From Burkholderiales bacterium (GTDB lineage Bacteria; Pseudomonadota; Gammaproteobacteria; Burkholderiales; Burkholderiaceae_C): a DNA stretch of 38,876 nt. A program made the translations under genes and the position numbers. A model generated the notes under the pieces. It was not told the DNA's origin, made no database searches, and saw only the letters and a list, made by a program, of their open reading frames with translations. The stretch spans positions 1-38,876 of the forward strand of contig JBBQMM010000001.1 of NCBI GenBank assembly GCA_038328935.1. Direction: 5' to 3'. This document shows positions 16,708 through 26,257 of this stretch, piece by piece; position 1 is the stretch's first letter, and each line of letters begins with the position of its first letter.

Positions 16708-17808
16708 TCATGCCGCTTGCAGCACCGGCAGCAGACGGCCCAGATTGAAAATGCCGTCGGGGTCGAAGGCTGCCTTCAGCTCGCGCTGGATGCGGTCCAG
16801 CGGGGCTTTCAGCGGCGCAAAGGCACCCGCCCGCTTGTCCTGACCCCTGAAGATCACCGCGTGGCCGCCGGCCGACGCGGCCACGTCGCGCAGCGTGGCT
16901 GCAGGCGCGCTGGTGCACAACCAGCGCTGTGAACCGCCCCACTCCAGCAGTTGCTCGCCCGACAGCTTCAGTGGCGGCGTGGTGGCCGGCACCGACAGCC
17001 GCCACAGCGTGGCTCCGGCCTGCACGGCCTTGTGCGCGCCCAGGAAGAACTCGTCGCGCTGGTCGCGCAGCCCGGTCCAGAAGGTGCCCGCCAGCGGTTC
17101 GTCGATGAGCTCGCCGCCGATCTTCACGCGCGCCGACTGCACCGCCGCGACTGCACCCGCCAGCCGCAGCACCAGCATGCCGTCCCACCAGGCGCTGGCG
17201 TTCAGTGGCAGCGGCTGGCCGCCCCATTCGTTGACGCGGCGTATCGCGCTGGCCTGGTCGGCCTCCAGGCGCACCGTCAGCGTGGCCGGCGGGCGTGGCA
17301 GCACCTTCAGCGACACCTCGCAGATCACCCCCAGTTCGCCCAGCGAGCCGGCCAGCGAACGCGAGACGTCGTAGCCCGCCACGTTCTTCATCACCGTGCC
17401 ACCAAAGTGCAGCAACTCGGCGCGGCCGCTGAGCAGCGTGGCGCCCAGCACGTAGTCGCGCACACCGCCCACGGACACGCGGGCCGGCCCGGCCAGGCCG
17501 GCCGCCACCATGCCGCCCACGGTGCTTTCGGCGCCAAACCGCGGCGGCTCGAACGGCAGGCACTGGCCCTGCTCGGCCAGCACCGCTTCCAGCTCCAGCA
17601 GCGGCGTGCCGGCGCGCACCGTCACCACCAGCTCGCTGGGTTCATAGCTGCTGATGCCGCGCAGCGCACGCACGTCCAGCGCCTGGCCCTGCACCGGGCC
17701 ACCGTAGAACGACTTGGTGCTGCCGGCGGTGATGTTCAGAGGCGTCTTGTGCGCGCGCGCGAGCTGCACCTGGTCGAGCAGCGACTGCAGCGTGCTGTCG
17801 GCGTTCAA
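16708..17808 (-). CDS. glcE: Glycolate oxidase subunit GlcE (FAD-binding)
   Basis: GSTKSFYG, YEPSELVVTVRAGT, FEPP, FGGTVMKNVAGYDVSR, LKAAFDPDGIFN; TTG start overlaps the glcD stop. Confidence 0.93.
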   Translation of the reverse strand: MNADSTLQSLLDQVQLARAHKTPLNITAGSTKSFYGGPVQGQALDVRALRGISSYEPSELVVTVRAGTPLLELEAVLAEQGQCLPFEPPRFGAESTVGGMVAAGLAGPARVSVGGVRDYVLGATLLSGRAELLHFGGTVMKNVAGYDVSRSLAGSLGELGVICEVSLKVLPRPPATLTVRLEADQASAIRRVNEWGGQPLPLNASAWWDGMLVLRLAGAVAAVQSARVKIGGELIDEPLAGTFWTGLRDQRDEFFLGAHKAVQAGATLWRLSVPATTPPLKLSGEQLLEWGGSQRWLCTSAPAATLRDVAASAGGHAVIFRGQDKRAGAFAPLKAPLDRIQRELKAAFDPDGIFNLGRLLPVLQAA

Positions 17809-19337
17809 AACCGCTCCAGTTCCGCAAAGGGCAGCCAACCGCGCTTGACGTGCATGCGGCCGTACTCGGCACAGCGCTGCAGCGTGGGGATCACCTTGCC
17901 GGGGTTCAGCGTGCCCAGCGGGTCGAAGGCACGCTTGAGCGCAAACATCTGTTCGCGTTCTTCGGTGCTGAACTGCACGCACATGCTGCTGAGCTTTTCC
18001 ACGCCCACGCCGTGTTCGCCCGTCACGGTGCCGCCCATGGCGACACTGGTTTCCAGGATGTCGGCACCGAAGAGTTCGCAGCGGCGCATCTGGTCGGCGT
18101 CGTTGGCGTCGAACAGGATCAACGGGTGCAGGTTGCCGTCACCGGCATGGAAGACGTTGCAGCACCTCAGACCGTACTTCACCTCCATCTCGGCGATGGC
18201 CAGCAGGATGTCGGCCAGGCGTTTGCGCGGGATGGTGCTGTCCATGCACATGTAGTCGGGGCTGATGCGGCCGCTGGCCGGAAAGGCGTTCTTGCGCCCG
18301 CTCCAGAACTTCAGCCGCTGCGCCTCGTCCTTGCTGACTTCCATGCGCGTAGCGCCGGCGCCCGACAGCACATCGAGCATGCGGCCGATCTCCTCAGCCA
18401 CTTCTTCTGGTGTGCCGTCGCTTTCGCACAGCAGGATGGCCGCAGCGCTGAGGTCGTAGCCGGCATGCACGAAGTCTTCGACCGCCGCCGTCATCGGTTT
18501 GTCCATCATCTCCAGACCGGCGGGGATGATGCCGGCGGCGATGACGGCAGCCACTGCGTCGCCCGCCTTGCGGATGTCGTCGAAGCTGGCCATGATGCAG
18601 CGCGCCAGCTGCGGCTTGGGCACCAGCCGCACCGTGACTTCGGTGGTGACGGCGAGCATGCCTTCACTGCCCACCACCAGCGGCAGCAGGTCCAGGCCGG
18701 GTGTGTCGAGCGCCTCGGAGCCGAACTCCACCGGCTCGCCCTGCACCGTGTAGCCGCGCACCCGCAGCACGTTGTGCAGCGTAAGGCCGTATTTCAGGCA
18801 ATGCACACCGCCCGAGTTTTCGGCCACGTTGCCGCCGATGGTGCAGGCGATCTGGCTGCTGGGGTCGGGCGCGTAGTACAGGCCGTGCGGCGCTGCCGCT
18901 TCGCTGATGGCCAGGTTGCGCACGCCGCACTGCACGGTGGCGGTGCGGGCCAGCTTGTCGATGAGCACGATCTTGTTGAACTTGGCCAGGCTCAGCGTGA
19001 CCCCCAGCGCGTTGGGCAGGGCGCCACCACTGAGGCCGGTGCCGGCGCCGCGCGCCACCACCGGCACCTGCAAGGCGTGGCAAGCCTTCAGCACTGCAGC
19101 CACCTGGTCTTCGTTTTCGGGCAGCGCCACCACCAGCGGCTGCTGGCGGTAGGCGGTGAGCCCGTCGCATTCGTAAGGCACGGTGTCTTCGGTATGCCAC
19201 AGCAAGGCGTGCGCGGGCAACAAGGTGGACAAGGCAGCCACCACGGCAGCCTGGCGGGCCGCACGGTCGGTGACGGCACCGGCAGCGCCGGTTGGTTGCG
19301 GGGCGGCCAGGGCCCTGGCATCGGCTGGCGCGTTCAT
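17805..19337 (-). CDS. glcD: Glycolate oxidase subunit GlcD (FAD-linked oxidase)
   Basis: YECDGL, ARGAGTGLSGGA, APDPSSQIACTIGGNVAENSGG, FHAGDGNLHP, GEHGVGVEK, LNPGK. Confidence 0.93.
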   Translation of the reverse strand: MNAPADARALAAPQPTGAAGAVTDRAARQAAVVAALSTLLPAHALLWHTEDTVPYECDGLTAYRQQPLVVALPENEDQVAAVLKACHALQVPVVARGAGTGLSGGALPNALGVTLSLAKFNKIVLIDKLARTATVQCGVRNLAISEAAAPHGLYYAPDPSSQIACTIGGNVAENSGGVHCLKYGLTLHNVLRVRGYTVQGEPVEFGSEALDTPGLDLLPLVVGSEGMLAVTTEVTVRLVPKPQLARCIMASFDDIRKAGDAVAAVIAAGIIPAGLEMMDKPMTAAVEDFVHAGYDLSAAAILLCESDGTPEEVAEEIGRMLDVLSGAGATRMEVSKDEAQRLKFWSGRKNAFPASGRISPDYMCMDSTIPRKRLADILLAIAEMEVKYGLRCCNVFHAGDGNLHPLILFDANDADQMRRCELFGADILETSVAMGGTVTGEHGVGVEKLSSMCVQFSTEEREQMFALKRAFDPLGTLNPGKVIPTLQRCAEYGRMHVKRGWLPFAELERF

Positions 19338-19584
19338 GGTCAAAACATCCTTGCAGGCCGCAGGGTGCGCGGCGTGGCCCGGACTTTACGTCGCCCGGCA
19401 GGCCCACTGCTTCGAACCGTGTGGCCACAGGGGTCAAGACAGAAAGGACCGCCAGCGGTGCAATGGCGGCCGCGAGCCGCTACAGGCGCCGTGGTGCCCC
19501 CCGTGCCGGCTTCGGGGTGGGTCGCGTCATCAAAGGCGCCAGGCGCGCACTGAGCCCAGCCCTGCCGCGCTGGACAATGCGCCC

Positions 19585-20028
19585 ATGACGCGCCCAGCAC
19601 CCTCATCCCCCGGACCCGCACCTTCCCCCGCACCTTCCCCCGCACCTTCCCCCGCACCTGCATCCCCGACTGCCGCCGCCGCCACCCCCGCACCGGAACG
19701 CTGGTCGACGCAAGCCGCGGACGCCGCCACCGCCACCCTGAGCATCCCGGCCGAGGCCCGGCGCGAGCGCCGTTTCGAGATCGCCTGCGCGGTGACGGTG
19801 AACGTGCCGGCCGAATCAGCGTCGCCCTGGCTGCAGGTGACTGTGCAGGCCAACGGCACGCAGCAGTGGCGCCGCCGTGCCGCGGCGCACAACCCTGGCG
19901 CCTGGGACGGGTTGGACTACCGCTTCAGCCGCAGTGTGCCGGTCGGCCAGACGCTGCGCATCACCGTCAGCGTGGCCGGGCAGGGCGTGCGCCGCCGCAG
20001 CCTGACCATCGAGGCGGACGAAATCTGA
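19585..20028 (+). CDS. Hypothetical protein (Pro-rich N-terminus, beta-rich C-terminal domain)
   Basis: GC3-rich coding frame filling the gap between glcD and the YXWGXW gene; -10-like GACAAT 6 nt before the ATG; 12-bp CCTTCCCCCGCA repeats at about 19610-19660. Confidence 0.7.
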   Translation: MTRPAPSSPGPAPSPAPSPAPSPAPASPTAAAATPAPERWSTQAADAATATLSIPAEARRERRFEIACAVTVNVPAESASPWLQVTVQANGTQQWRRRAAAHNPGAWDGLDYRFSRSVPVGQTLRITVSVAGQGVRRRSLTIEADEI

Positions 20029-20110
20029 TCCGCGAGCCACGCAGCGGCTGGCGCTTTCACATCGCGCCGAAGCCGGGCGCGCGCTCCGTGACCCGCGCGG
20101 GCGCGGGGAA

Positions 20111-20503
20111 TCAATACCGCTGCCAGCGCCCGGGCGCCGCGCGCCAGCCGCGCGGGTGGCGTTGCCAGGCAAACGGCACCCAGCGCCAGCCGGGGCGCTG
20201 CGCTTGCCAGCGACCGCCGACCCACACATGGCGGCCGCCGAGCCAGCCCCAGTGGCCCTCCGTCCAGAAGAAGCCAGGGCCCGGCGCGGCCACCCAGACG
20301 TCGACCTGCGGAGCCGGGGGCGCAACCGTCACCACATCGTCTTCGTCATAGGTATCGCCGCGCGGGCCCGCGCCAGGCGGCGGCGCGTAGCGGCGGCCCG
20401 CGGGCACCACGATGCAGGCCGTCAAGGCACCGGCAGCGGCCAGGACAAGGGCCGTGCCCAGGGTGCGCCGGGTCATCCGGGCGTCGGGCAGCAGGTTCGA
20501 CAT
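20111..20503 (-). CDS. YXWGXW/WXXGXW-repeat lipoprotein
   Basis: Lipobox LTAC; VAPPAP...PGPGFFWTEGHW, VWVGGRW, PGWRWVP, PGRW repeats; GGAG RBS. Confidence 0.88.
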   Translation of the reverse strand: MSNLLPDARMTRRTLGTALVLAAAGALTACIVVPAGRRYAPPPGAGPRGDTYDEDDVVTVAPPAPQVDVWVAAPGPGFFWTEGHWGWLGGRHVWVGGRWQAQRPGWRWVPFAWQRHPRGWRAAPGRWQRY

Positions 20504-20786
20504 CAGCAGCTCCAGCAATCAGGTTTGGAGCTGTTCAACGCCAAAGCCGGCTGCAGCGCCGACGGCAGCCGCGCGGATTTACACAGCTTCACAGCGCGCC
20601 GCCGGGCCCGGCGCTGGTGCTGGGGCTTGCCGTCTGTTCGTCTGTCGTTCGGTCAATCAGCCGGCCAGGGCATGCCCTTGGGCCCGCTCTGAATGGGCGC
20701 CCGGTTGCGAAAACCGCCACCCGACCACAGCGGGCTGGAACGCATGCGCTCCAGCCGCAGGCCCTGCGCCCTGGCGCCGAGCGACT

Positions 20787-22058
20787 TCACGCCAGGGCCG
20801 TGAACACGGTGAGCACGCCGGTGTAGCCGTACAGGTGGTGGCGCGCAATTTCACCACTGGCAAAGAAGCCCACCAGCGGCACCTCGCGTCCGCCGGCACC
20901 GGCCAGCGCGTGCTGCACGATCTGCAATTCGGCCGAGGGTCCGCCGAAGTGCGGCCCGCCGCGGCCAGCGCAGCTGATGTACAGCGCGCCGCAGATCGAG
21001 CGCGCTGCGGTGGCCGGCAGTGCACCGGGCACCGCGGCGGCCACCGCGGCGGCAACCCCCCCGCCGGGTTGCAGAGTCATCTCCGCAGGCCATTCCAGCT
21101 CGTCGCGGATCTCGCTGCAGATGCGCACCAGGTCGCGCCGCGCGGCCTGCACGTCACGCTGGCAGAAAGCCAGTCGCATGCCCACGCGCACCTGGTCGGC
21201 CACCGCCACGGCCTGCCGTGGCGGGTCCAGGCCGATGAGGTGGCGCACCCGCGTGTCGCTGCCAAAGGGGCTGCCGCCCCGGCCGCCCAGAGCCGCCGCG
21301 CGGCCGGTCTCGTCGGTCAGGCCCACCAGCGTGGCGCGCAGCCGCGGCAAGGCCTGCCGCGGGTCGTCCAGCCCCGCCAGCCCCAGGTCCTGCAGCAGAC
21401 ACCGCAGCGCGGGCTGGCCGTCGAGTTCGAGCACGATGTTGCGTTCGCAGGCCGTCACCACCCGCGGGGCCGCCAGCGGCTGGCAGCCCTGCGTCACCCG
21501 CGACAGCAGTGCCACGTCGCTCGTGAAGGCAACACCCGAAAGGCCGCCCTGCCAGGCGCCATCGGCGACGTGCACGGTGGCGCCGCGCGACGAAGCCAGG
21601 CCTCCGAAGAGGTAACCCGAAGCGGTGCGATCGCTCATCTCGGCAATCAGCTCGGCCATGTCCGGGGTCGAGCCGTCGGCATGCACCAAGGCGCTGAAGG
21701 GTTCGATGCGCTGCAGCTTGCGCGCGCCTGAAAAAACCTCGAAGGCAGACCGCGGCAAGGGCGCCAGCATCAACACCAGCGCCGGCTCGTCGATGTACTC
21801 GACACCCAGCGCGGCCACGCCCACACCCACGCAGCCCACCCAGTGCAACCCCGGCCACTGCTGCTGCAAGGCCTGCACCAAGGCCTGCGCGTGCGCTGCA
21901 TAGTGATCGGTGAAGTAGACGAAACCCAGGCTCATGTCGACCCCGGCCTGCTGGCATGCCATGAGCGCCGGCTGCAGCTGCGCCGAGGCCAGCGCCAGCG
22001 CCGCGCGCCAATCAGGGTGCGTGGCGTGGCCGACGAGGAACGGCTGGGTGTCGCTCAT
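20787..22058 (-). CDS. FIST signal-transduction domain protein (FIST_N plus FIST_C)
   Basis: YIDEPAL, LFGGLASSR, VTQGCQP, ELDGQPAL, YISCAGRGG, LVGFFASGEI, LYGYTGVL. Confidence 0.9.
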   Translation of the reverse strand: MSDTQPFLVGHATHPDWRAALALASAQLQPALMACQQAGVDMSLGFVYFTDHYAAHAQALVQALQQQWPGLHWVGCVGVGVAALGVEYIDEPALVLMLAPLPRSAFEVFSGARKLQRIEPFSALVHADGSTPDMAELIAEMSDRTASGYLFGGLASSRGATVHVADGAWQGGLSGVAFTSDVALLSRVTQGCQPLAAPRVVTACERNIVLELDGQPALRCLLQDLGLAGLDDPRQALPRLRATLVGLTDETGRAAALGGRGGSPFGSDTRVRHLIGLDPPRQAVAVADQVRVGMRLAFCQRDVQAARRDLVRICSEIRDELEWPAEMTLQPGGGVAAAVAAAVPGALPATAARSICGALYISCAGRGGPHFGGPSAELQIVQHALAGAGGREVPLVGFFASGEIARHHLYGYTGVLTVFTALA

Positions 22059-22087
22059 GGGTCAGCGCGCGGCGTCGACGCGCGCCT

Positions 22088-22714
22088 TCAACGCTTGCGC
22101 GCCGCCGCGGCTGGCCGGCCGGTGGCCTTCTTGAGCACACCGGAAGCGGTACCGATCGACTGCTTGACCATCGCGCCGGCCAGGTTCTTGGTGGCATCGG
22201 CCGCCGAGTCCTTGACGGCCTTGGTGGCCAGCTCGGTGAACTGCTGCGTCAAGGCGCCCCACCACTGCAGCGGGTCAACAGCGGCGGGTGCCGCGCTGTG
22301 CGACCGCTTGGCGGCCTTGCCCGCTGCCGGCTTTGCCGCTGGAAACGCAGGAGAAGGCGCAGGGGAAGGCGCCTCGACCTCGGCCCTTGCCGGCGCTGCC
22401 GGGACGCCGTCAAAGGGCTTCAGCCGCAGCGCATTGCTGATGTCGGCCAGTGGCAGGTTCATGGTCTGCAGCGTCGACAGCGTCATCTTCTGCACCTCCA
22501 TGGCCTGGATGGTGGTGGCCAGCAGCCGGGCGTTCTGTTCCAGCCAAAACTGCACCGTCTTCAGCTCCTGAATGCGCTTTTCCAGCTCTTCGGGGTCGAG
22601 CGTGGGCGCCACCCACTGGCCCATGTTGGGCAAACCAGCGCCCGCGTTCTTCAACAGCCCTTGCAAGAAATCGAATCCAGGCACCATGCGGGCCAGATCA
22701 GTTGCACCTGCCAT
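22088..22714 (-). CDS. phaM: PhaM-family PHA-granule multifunctional regulatory protein
   Basis: PGFDFL, PTLDPEELEKRIQELKTVQFWLEQNA...IQAMEVQKMTL, WWGALTQQF; AAGGAG RBS. Confidence 0.85.
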   Translation of the reverse strand: MAGATDLARMVPGFDFLQGLLKNAGAGLPNMGQWVAPTLDPEELEKRIQELKTVQFWLEQNARLLATTIQAMEVQKMTLSTLQTMNLPLADISNALRLKPFDGVPAAPARAEVEAPSPAPSPAFPAAKPAAGKAAKRSHSAAPAAVDPLQWWGALTQQFTELATKAVKDSAADATKNLAGAMVKQSIGTASGVLKKATGRPAAAARKR

Positions 22715-22798
22715 CAGAGGTCTCCTTGAGTGTGCGGCAATGTTGCGCGTGATCATTGTGCGCTCGACGCAGCACCGTGGCGGCCGGCCAGGCAGCAC

Positions 22799-22850
22799 TC
22801 AATCAGCAACACTCAATCAGCAGTACTCAAACAGCAGCACTCAATCAGCA
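22799..22850 (-). repeat. 14-bp tandem array (4 units) anchored on the aspartic-protease stop codon
   Basis: TCAA(T/A)CAGCA recurs at 22799, 22813, 22827 and 22841; 22841 is the stop. Confidence 0.85.
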
Positions 22851-23338
22851 GCCGACGGCATGCGAATCTTCATCACCCCCTGGCCTTGTTCCCAGCGCAG
22901 ACGGCCCAGCACGTCCATGCCCAGCAGCGGCGCGCTCAAGTCCGGCAGTGCGGTCAGGCGCAGCCGCTGCACACGAACGCCACCGTCCAGCACCAGGTCG
23001 GCCAGCACCACCTGGCCCTGCACCCTGCCGCCCGCGGTGTTGGACTGCACCACGCCGACTTGCGGCAAACCCAGTGCGCGCGCCAGCTCCAGCGGTATGG
23101 CTGTGCCGGTGGCGCCGGTGTCGACCAGAAACTCCACCGAGCGGCGGCCGCCAGGCCCGGCCAGTTCACCGGGCCAGTGGTAGTGGCCGTCGCCAGCGCG
23201 CCTGAGCTCGAGCTGGCCCGCCGACAGTACGAACCGGGTGGCCCGTTCCTGGGCCTGCCAGGCCTGAACACCCAGGAACAGGCCCACACCCAGCAGCAGC
23301 CAGACCGTTCCGTGCTTGAGCCAGGGCGGAAAGTCCAT
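22841..23338 (-). CDS. Retropepsin-like (clan AA) aspartic protease with N-terminal TM helix
   Basis: DGHY, FLVDTGAT, TAGG, LLGMDVL motifs. Confidence 0.9.
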   Translation of the reverse strand: MDFPPWLKHGTVWLLLGVGLFLGVQAWQAQERATRFVLSAGQLELRRAGDGHYHWPGELAGPGGRRSVEFLVDTGATGTAIPLELARALGLPQVGVVQSNTAGGRVQGQVVLADLVLDGGVRVQRLRLTALPDLSAPLLGMDVLGRLRWEQGQGVMKIRMPSAAD

Positions 23339-23351
23339 CAAGCGCGGCCGC

Positions 23352-24395
23352 TCACTCGGCCACCGGTTCGGAGCCGGGTGCCATGGCCGGCGCGCCGGCG
23401 TCGGCAGCATCGCCGTGCAGCGAGCGCACCCGCTGCTCGATGGCACCGAACACGCTGGCACCCGCGCCGTCCAGCATCTCGATGCGGATGGTGTCGCCAA
23501 ACTGCATGAAAGCCGTCTTCGGTGCACCGCCCTGGATGGTCTCGATGGCTCGCGTTTCGGCGATGCACGACACGCCGCAGGCCCAGTCCTTGTTGCTGAT
23601 GGTGCCGCTGCCCACCACCGAACCGGCACGCACGTTGCGCGTCTTGGCGACATGCGAAATCAGCTGTCCGAAGTGAAACAGCATCTCCGGCCCGGCATTG
23701 CACAGGCCCATGCGGCGGCCGTTCCAGCGGTTTTCAACACTCAGGTGCACGCGGCCCGCCTGCCACGCCGGGCCCAGTTCATCGGGCGTCACCGCCACCG
23801 GTCCGAACGCGGTGGCCGGCTTGCTTTGCAGGAAGCCGAAACCCTTGGCCAGTTCGGCCGGGATCAGGTTGCGCAGGCTCCAGTCGTTGACCAGCATCAA
23901 CAGCCGCACGCCGTCCAGCGCCGTGTCGGGGCTTGCACCCATGGCCACGTCGCCGGTGATGACGGCCACTTCGGCCTCGAAGTCGATGCCCCAGTCGGTG
24001 CTGGCAAACACCGCGTCGTCGCAGGGGCCGATGAAGTCGTCGCTGCCGCCCTGGTACATCAGCGGGTCCTCGTAGAAAGTGGCCGGCATGTCGGCGTTGC
24101 GGGCGCGGCGCACCAATTCCACGTGGTTGAGATAGGCCGAGCCGTCGGCCCACTGGTAGGCGCGCGGCAAAGGCGCCATGCAGTGGCGCGCGTCGAAGGC
24201 AAAGGCGTGGCGCGCCTTGCCGCCGTTGAGCGAGGCATACAGGTCTTCCAGCGGCGGCGAGCGGAAGTTCCAGTCGTCCAGCACCTGCTGCAAGGTGGTG
24301 GCGATGCCGGTGGCGAAGTGCGCGGTGCTGAGGTCGCGCGAGACGACGGCGAGTTGGCCGTCGCGCGAGCCGTCCTTGAGGGTGGCGAGTTTCAT
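23352..24395 (-). CDS. Fumarylacetoacetate hydrolase family protein
   Basis: MKLATLKDGSRDG, QWADGSAY, MYQGGSD, DFEAE, NDWSLR, QSKP, GSGT. Confidence 0.92.
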   Translation of the reverse strand: MKLATLKDGSRDGQLAVVSRDLSTAHFATGIATTLQQVLDDWNFRSPPLEDLYASLNGGKARHAFAFDARHCMAPLPRAYQWADGSAYLNHVELVRRARNADMPATFYEDPLMYQGGSDDFIGPCDDAVFASTDWGIDFEAEVAVITGDVAMGASPDTALDGVRLLMLVNDWSLRNLIPAELAKGFGFLQSKPATAFGPVAVTPDELGPAWQAGRVHLSVENRWNGRRMGLCNAGPEMLFHFGQLISHVAKTRNVRAGSVVGSGTISNKDWACGVSCIAETRAIETIQGGAPKTAFMQFGDTIRIEMLDGAGASVFGAIEQRVRSLHGDAADAGAPAMAPGSEPVAE

Positions 24396-24449
24396 GGCAG
24401 TCAGGGGGCAGACCCGTCGGGTCTTCTAAAGCGGTGGCACTATTGTGCG

Positions 24450-25742
24450 GTGACATCCCCTGAAGCCGGCGCGGCGCGCGCCGCCCACCACCCCGCTGCA
24501 AGGGCGACCACGCGTGGGGGCAGCTCCGCAGCGCAACCTGCCTGGCGCACGCTGGGGCTGGCCGCAGCCGCCGCGCTGGGGCTGCATGCGTTGTTGCTGG
24601 CTGTGTGGCCGCGGGGGGCATCACTGGAGGCCGCAACGAAGCCGGTGCGGGCCGACAACGCCACGCCGATCTCGGCGCGCCAGATCGCGTCGACCCCACC
24701 GGCACCGGTACCGGCGCCAGCACCAACCCTGGCGCCGAGGCCAGCACCGGCACCGTCATCCCGGAAGCCGCCTGCAACCAGCGCAGCAGCGCCAGCACCC
24801 CTGGCGCTCGACGCTGACGCCGCGGCCGCCCGACAAGGCAGCCGCATGCCCCCCGAACCCGAAGCTCCAGCGCCCGTCGACACGCCCGCCGCGGTGGCTG
24901 CTGCAGGGGCCTCGAACCTCGAGCAGTTGATGCAGGAACCAACCGCGCCAGCGTCGGCCGCTGCAGCACCAGCCACGCCAGCGTCGACGTCGGCATCGGC
25001 ATCGGCCACGGTCACGGCCTTTGCCGACACGACCCCGGCTGCCGCGTCGGAAGGCAAAGCCGCCTCGCCACCGCCGGTCTACCGCACCCAGCCAGCACCG
25101 CCGGCGACGCTGCTTTTCGAGCTGAAACGCGGCCTGGTGGTAGGGCAGGCCGTGTTGCAGTGGCGGCCCGACAGCGGCAACGCCAGCTATGCGCTCACGC
25201 TGCAGGCCCAGGCCCTTGGCATGCAGGTGGCGGCCTGGAACAGCAGTGGCCGCTTCGACGCTGCGGGCCTGGCGCCGGAGCGTTATGCCGAACTCCGGCG
25301 TGGCCGCGAAGTGCGCGCCACCAACTTCCAGCGTGCAGCGCAGAAGATCAGCTTCAGCGCCCAGAGCACCGAGTTCGAACTGACACCGGGCGTGCAGGAC
25401 CGCAGCAGCTGGATGTTGCAGCTGGGTGCCGTGCTGCAGGCCAACCCCGAGCTGGCGCTGCCAGGCGCGCTGGTAACGCTGGTGGTGGTGGGCACGCGCG
25501 GCGCGCCGGAGCCGTGGGTTTTCACGGTGGTCGACCGCGCCGGGCTGACACTGACCGCGGGCGACTCACCCATCACCCTGGCCACGGTGCAGCTGCTGCG
25601 CGAGCCGCGCCGCCCCTACGACACCCGTGTGCGCGTCTGGCTCGACCCGGCCCGGCACCACCTGCCGGTGAAGGTGCAGATGCTGGTGCACGCCACCGGC
25701 GAGGGCCAGGAGTTCGAGCTGCGCCGCATGTCACTGCCTTGA
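24450..25742 (+). CDS. DUF3108-domain protein with N-terminal TM segment and Pro/Ala linker (start approximate)
   Basis: LGLHALLL anchor; low-complexity linker; C-terminal GLAPERYAE, QDRSSW, VWLDPARHHLPV. Confidence 0.8.
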   Translation: MTSPEAGAARAAHHPAARATTRGGSSAAQPAWRTLGLAAAAALGLHALLLAVWPRGASLEAATKPVRADNATPISARQIASTPPAPVPAPAPTLAPRPAPAPSSRKPPATSAAAPAPLALDADAAAARQGSRMPPEPEAPAPVDTPAAVAAAGASNLEQLMQEPTAPASAAAAPATPASTSASASATVTAFADTTPAAASEGKAASPPPVYRTQPAPPATLLFELKRGLVVGQAVLQWRPDSGNASYALTLQAQALGMQVAAWNSSGRFDAAGLAPERYAELRRGREVRATNFQRAAQKISFSAQSTEFELTPGVQDRSSWMLQLGAVLQANPELALPGALVTLVVVGTRGAPEPWVFTVVDRAGLTLTAGDSPITLATVQLLREPRRPYDTRVRVWLDPARHHLPVKVQMLVHATGEGQEFELRRMSLP

Positions 25743-25827
25743 AATCGCCCCCGGGCGGCGTTGCCGTCGCCCTGGCTTGAAACAGGCCCCGAAGCCCCCA
25801 CCTGTTGGCATCTGGAGGACCTACCCG

Positions 25828-26145
25828 ATGCAACTGATCTACAACTCTGACAGTTTTGCCGTCATGCACTTTGTCACCGAAGCCATCGCCGATGTGGGCG
25901 CGGATAAAGGTGCGGCTACGAACAAGGCCACCGACGCGTCGGCAATGCCCGCCCACGCCGACCCGGGCGGCTATGAAATCGTCGACAAGCATGCGCGCAA
26001 GGAGATTTTTTTGCAGGGCGCTGTCGCCGAAAGCTTTCAGCGCGGCGTTAAGGCGCTGGTCGACCAGGGCGAGGACCCCGAAGCGCTGGAAGACTACATC
26101 GCCTGCTACACGGTGTTGGCGCAACAACCTGTGCTGCTGCATTAG
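25828..26145 (+). CDS. BTH_I0359 / DUF3567 family protein
   Basis: MQLIYNSD, GGYEIVDK..RKEIFL.G..A..F, QPVLLH; GGAGG RBS. Confidence 0.88.
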   Translation: MQLIYNSDSFAVMHFVTEAIADVGADKGAATNKATDASAMPAHADPGGYEIVDKHARKEIFLQGAVAESFQRGVKALVDQGEDPEALEDYIACYTVLAQQPVLLH

Positions 26146-26257
26146 AAGCCAGGGCGGCCCATACCGCAGGGGCTTGCCCCCAGACCTCGCCTGGGTGAAG
26201 ATGGCCTGACCCGCCCGCATTGCGACCGGTTTTCCCCCACTGACGAGGCTGCGCAAG

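Larger units (their letters stand above)
15813..16711 (-). pseudogene. Class I SAM-dependent methyltransferase, apparently frameshifted near 16135 (real lesion or sequencing error)
   Basis: The N-half (YYAQRASYYE, VLEVACGTGWWT, ATD) is in one frame and the C-half (FAGCWWSHVP...VVFLDN...GNTYQ...HEVLKNFP) in another; one added base at gga-gc-ttc gives GRFTGAFAGCWWSH. ATG 16711 overlaps the glcE stop. Confidence 0.8.

Noticed and set aside
22841-23338. Retropepsin-like protease as a retroelement remnant
   Set aside because: Stand-alone membrane-anchored clan AA proteases are ordinary bacterial genes; no reverse transcriptase or integrase is present.
23316-24449. N-terminal extension of the 808-aa ORF containing DUF3108; likewise 10153-10773 for the hydrolase and 35250-35579 for the SBP
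   Set aside because: These overlap opposite-strand or neighbouring genes; better starts with RBS, -10 element or signal peptide lie downstream.
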